Source of the DNA: Octopus sinensis
Lineage: Eukaryota
Direction of reading: 5' to 3'
Length of the DNA: 64,000 nucleotides
Assembly (NCBI RefSeq): GCF_006345805.1
Contig: NC_043001.1
Span: forward strand, 37,200,001-37,264,000
Shown here: piece by piece, positions 60,262-64,000 of the stretch
Position numbering within the stretch: position 1 is the first letter of the stretch
Layout of the letters: each line of letters opens with the position of its first letter
Position numbers and translations under genes: made by a program
Notes under the pieces: generated by a model
Told to the model about the DNA's origin: nothing
Seen by the model: only the letters and a program-made list of their open reading frames with translations
The model's database searches: none

Positions 60262-61330
60262 TTGTGCCAAAAGCAATGCAAAGGTGTGCATAACTCTTTT
60301 CTTAACTGTCATATGTCGTTCAAATTGCACATGTTGGTAGAGTAACTTTTTTTCCTATTCTTCATTGCAAGTAAATAAGTCCAAGCAGGAACCAAGAACC
60401 ATCATTAAGTTATTCATGAAAGAGGGGTACAGGTTGACCGACATCCACAAAAGGCAAGAGGGGTGAAGTTCAAAGACGAGGAAACCAGCACTGAAGACTA
60501 TGTGATACCGACTTCAACTGCAACCACTGACATAAACTAGCTGGGAACAAATTGATTTGTGCGGACAGACAAATCCATGAATTTGATGTACAATTGGAGT
60601 TTGGTCACAATGCATTACAAAAGATGCTGGAAGACATTGGGTATTGGAAAGTGTGTACTGCAGCAGCTGGCATCCAATTTGAAGAAGAGAGAAGGATTGA
60701 AGTCTGCTTGAACCGACTGAAGTCAATGAGAACATGCTTTCTTTTTTTCTTTTATTTGGTGACAGGAGAAGAAATGTGGGCATATTTTCATGATCTAGGA
60801 CATGAAGGTTGTCAATGGAATGGTGTCACATTTCTCCAAAGCCTAATAATCAGTGCTTGGTGCAGAAAGTCATGGTGACTGTTTTGGAGAATGGCAAGCA
60901 TCATTCTCCTCAATTTTCTGAAACGTGGCTGTACCGCAAACAGTAAGCATTACACTGAGACAATCAAAACGCTTACAAAAATCAGTTGGAGGAAGAGAGT
61001 GAACAAGAAATTCAAATGAACATTCACCATGACAATGCATAACCGTACACATTTTTGGCAACAAACCAATCAGCAAATTGGGTTAGTCAGTGGTCTCCTA
61101 TCCACCGTACAAACAAGATCTGGAATCCTCCTGCTTCCATCTGTTTGGTTCAATGGAAGACAGTCTTCAGGGACAATGATTTGATTTATGATGCAGACAA
61201 GATGAAAGTGGCTATGAAGAAATAAGTACAACAATGCATATCTAAATGATTTCAAAGTGGATTCAAAAGTTGGGTTAACAATAGTGCAAATGCTTCACTT
61301 GACATGGAGACTTTGTTGAAAAACACCTTT
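60262..61330 (+). mobile_element. Old, decayed mariner transposase
   Basis: Fragments RTIIKLFMKEG, LICADRQI, IGYWKVC, LVTGEEMW (VTGDETW), KVMVTVF, HHDNA*P, HLFGSM, HGDFVEK in order, with many frameshifts. Confidence 0.75.
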
Positions 61331-63111
61331 GTATAGAGTTTCTCTAGTTCTATGTGCACCCCTAAACCAGAAAGTTTGATGCAGTTATTGTTAAGTTTTA
61401 TGTTTCCTTCTAAGCTGAATCAGAGAATACAGGCCAGTGCTTATAAGCCTTATCAGGGAGAAAGTTAGTCTAAGACTGGCTAAAATGCTTATGAGAGTCG
61501 ACACTATTAAAGATACCCAAGGAGCCAGGTTGCAGTGTTAAACTGCGTGACAGATTAAGTCTACCACTCAATGAACATCTATAGGTCAATGCCTGCAGAT
61601 TAAAAAAAAATTGTTGAGATGGGGAGGAGTCAGAAGGTTGCAGTTCTAAGCAAGGACTGTATGAAGGTTCAGAAATACAACTTCTAGAATTGAGTGTCAA
61701 AAGGTAATGCAAACAATTACATCTCAATTGTTTTGTGTTTGAGATGTGGAAATACTAGCAATGGATTTTGACAGAATTAACTGTTTAAGATGGTTGTAAT
61801 CATGAAGAAATAAACATGTATGCAGTCTGATTGGATGGCAAGTTTGAGTAAAGAATCTTGTTCAGGGTTTGTCTCCCTTTTTTTTTTTTTTTATTTGAAA
61901 CACTACCAGGAGGGGTTTTTGTCTACTCATTACTTGGAAGATCTCTGTTGAACAAAAAAATTTTCAGTCATACCATCATATATGCAGTAAAAGAATTGAG
62001 AAACTTAGCAAGTCAACTTTTGAACATGCCAACAGTGTTTTACTCTATTGGCATGTTCAAAATAGCGAGAAATTAAATACTTAAACCAATATACTAAACC
62101 TGATCCTAGTAACAGTGCGTGTCTCCTGTTTCCATACAGATATGTAGATGAGAGGTGATATTGATCTATCATAGCTTTTTACACAGTACCTTTTCTTAAG
62201 CTGTCCAAAACCTACTGATTTAGCTGTGGTGGAAGAGTACCTTAGACCAAGCTAACAAAAATTAGAGGGTTGTAAACGAAACTTAGTGATTGCTTCAATA
62301 CTGCATGACACAGAATGTAGTTTAAACTGAGTTTTGAAAGTGCATATAACTAAGAAAATTTGAGAAAGGTAGGCATAATAGAATATTTTTCAGAAGATAT
62401 TCACGTTGAAAATATTGAAAATAATGTCATAAAAAAAAATATTAAGCAAAATATCTAAAAAAAAAATCTCTAAATAAATTTAATGAAAAAATTATGTAAC
62501 CAAACACAGAATTTGTTTTAAATGATTTATCTCAAGAAAAAAAAAAAAGAATTGTCAAAACGGTAGAAAGTTGAATGACATGTAAAGAAGATGATAGGAT
62601 CATCACTTTCATTGTTTAAATGAAAATTACAAATAAGTCCCCACTTTTATGACAAAATTGAAAGATTGAGTATGGAATCATCATTGTTTAAACTTTTGTG
62701 TGTAGCTGTTTAAAAGAGAAAATCAAGTCAACTTAGAGAAGCCAACTCTGATTTGAAATGGAATATACAATGCATTACCAAATTGTCCATTTTTCTCTCT
62801 GGTTGGATGTATTTATTGATAGTGAGTAAGGAGGTTAAAAATATACAATGCAGTAAGGTGTCAGAGATGAAAAATTTCTCAAAACATACCCAGATACTAA
62901 TAAGGCAAAAAAAAGACAGGTCGTGAAAATAAGAGAGAGAAACAAAAATACTTTGAAGAAAATTAACTGAACTCTAAAACCTCTGGTTCAAATTTACTTA
63001 TAAAATGAATCAATATTTATTATTGGGGATAATTGGATAAAACTTAAATCATTTACAAAGTTGGGATGGAAGTCATAGACATATATATATGCATGTATGT
63101 ATGTATGTATG

Positions 63112-63159
<48 letters not shown>

Positions 63160-64000
63160 GGCAGTTGAAAATGACACTCAAAATAAAAAAGAAGACAAAA
63201 TACTATTGTAAATATCCTGTATACAAGACTGAGGTACATATGTGCAGTGACATTAATACAAACATTTTGCTCAATAACATGTTTTTGTACAAAAGCATAG
63301 TAAAATAAAATGTGGCAGTTTAATGGAAAATAGTAGTCACTCTATCTATCTGAAAAATGAATAGCTATATCATATGAACATACTTGTTATAAATATGTGG
63401 GAAATAGCAACAAAGGTTTAGCACATCATGTGGGCTACATTACAAATGGTACTTCCTAATCAAGATTCCCACTCATACCTCAACAATCATGACACATCAA
63501 CAAGAAATTTACAGTTTATATAATATTCTTTGTATTTATCCAATGTTTACAAGGAAATTAGTGCTACTAGCCATTCATGTAAAACAGATTTTCTCATGAT
63601 GATCACATATGTCTCAAACCTCAAGATTTGAAATATTTACATTCTAAACAAATAGAAAATATCCAAATGTAATATTTCCTAGATAAGTTCTGCAACTCTA
63701 TTTTCAAAGGATTCCCATACTCTGAAATCTTTCTAACCTTAAAGCACAAACTTAAATTAGCTTAGACAAATTTATTCCAACTTCAATAAATCTTACTAAA
63801 GCTGATCCACTTACCAAAATGACACATCACAGATGATATAAACCTGAAAGAAATAATTCTTTCTAAACATCAAAACTATGCAATTTTTTTCTTCCAATTT
63901 AATAAAGGCATACACTAAAAGGAAAGAAAATTAAATCCCTTTTTAATAGAAATACTACTTCAATGATTTGTCTCTATTTAGTTCAAGTAGTTTTAGTCTT

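Noticed and set aside
63300-64000. Possible decayed retroelement ORF on the minus strand
   Set aside because: No motif could be identified with confidence through the many stops.

Overview
Eukaryotic, very AT-rich animal genomic DNA, probably a coleoid cephalopod (Octopus-like). That assignment is an inference from the two dominant tRNA-derived SINE families and the very long TA/TACA tracts. There is no rRNA, intact tRNA or CRISPR. One protein-coding gene can be reconstructed on the + strand from six phase-compatible GT-AG exons: 36492-40226, 41206-41387, 43669-43812, 45106-45312, 47553-47884 and 58262-58493. It encodes about 1610 aa downstream of an unlocated 5' exon: a long Lys-rich then Ser/Thr-rich stalk, a SEA-like domain interrupted by a furin-type KKRRKR site, one transmembrane helix and a cytoplasmic tail (UPF0606/KIAA1549-like architecture). 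The rest is a mosaic of mobile elements: SINEs, RTE, CR1-like, R4/Dong and L1/Tx1 LINE fragments, Penelope-like ends, Helitrons, hAT, Mutator and Tc2 MITEs, two mariners, a Merlin remnant, many foldback palindromes and microsatellites. The most notable unexplained signals are (i) three repeat families carrying minimal hammerhead-ribozyme-like motifs, (ii) a 40-bp sense-strand intronic hairpin next to a 13-unit core+(TA)n array, and (iii) a stop codon overlapping a perfect splice donor. Most ORF-track entries are microsatellite artefacts. Repeat boundaries are approximate unless TIR/TSD bases are quoted.
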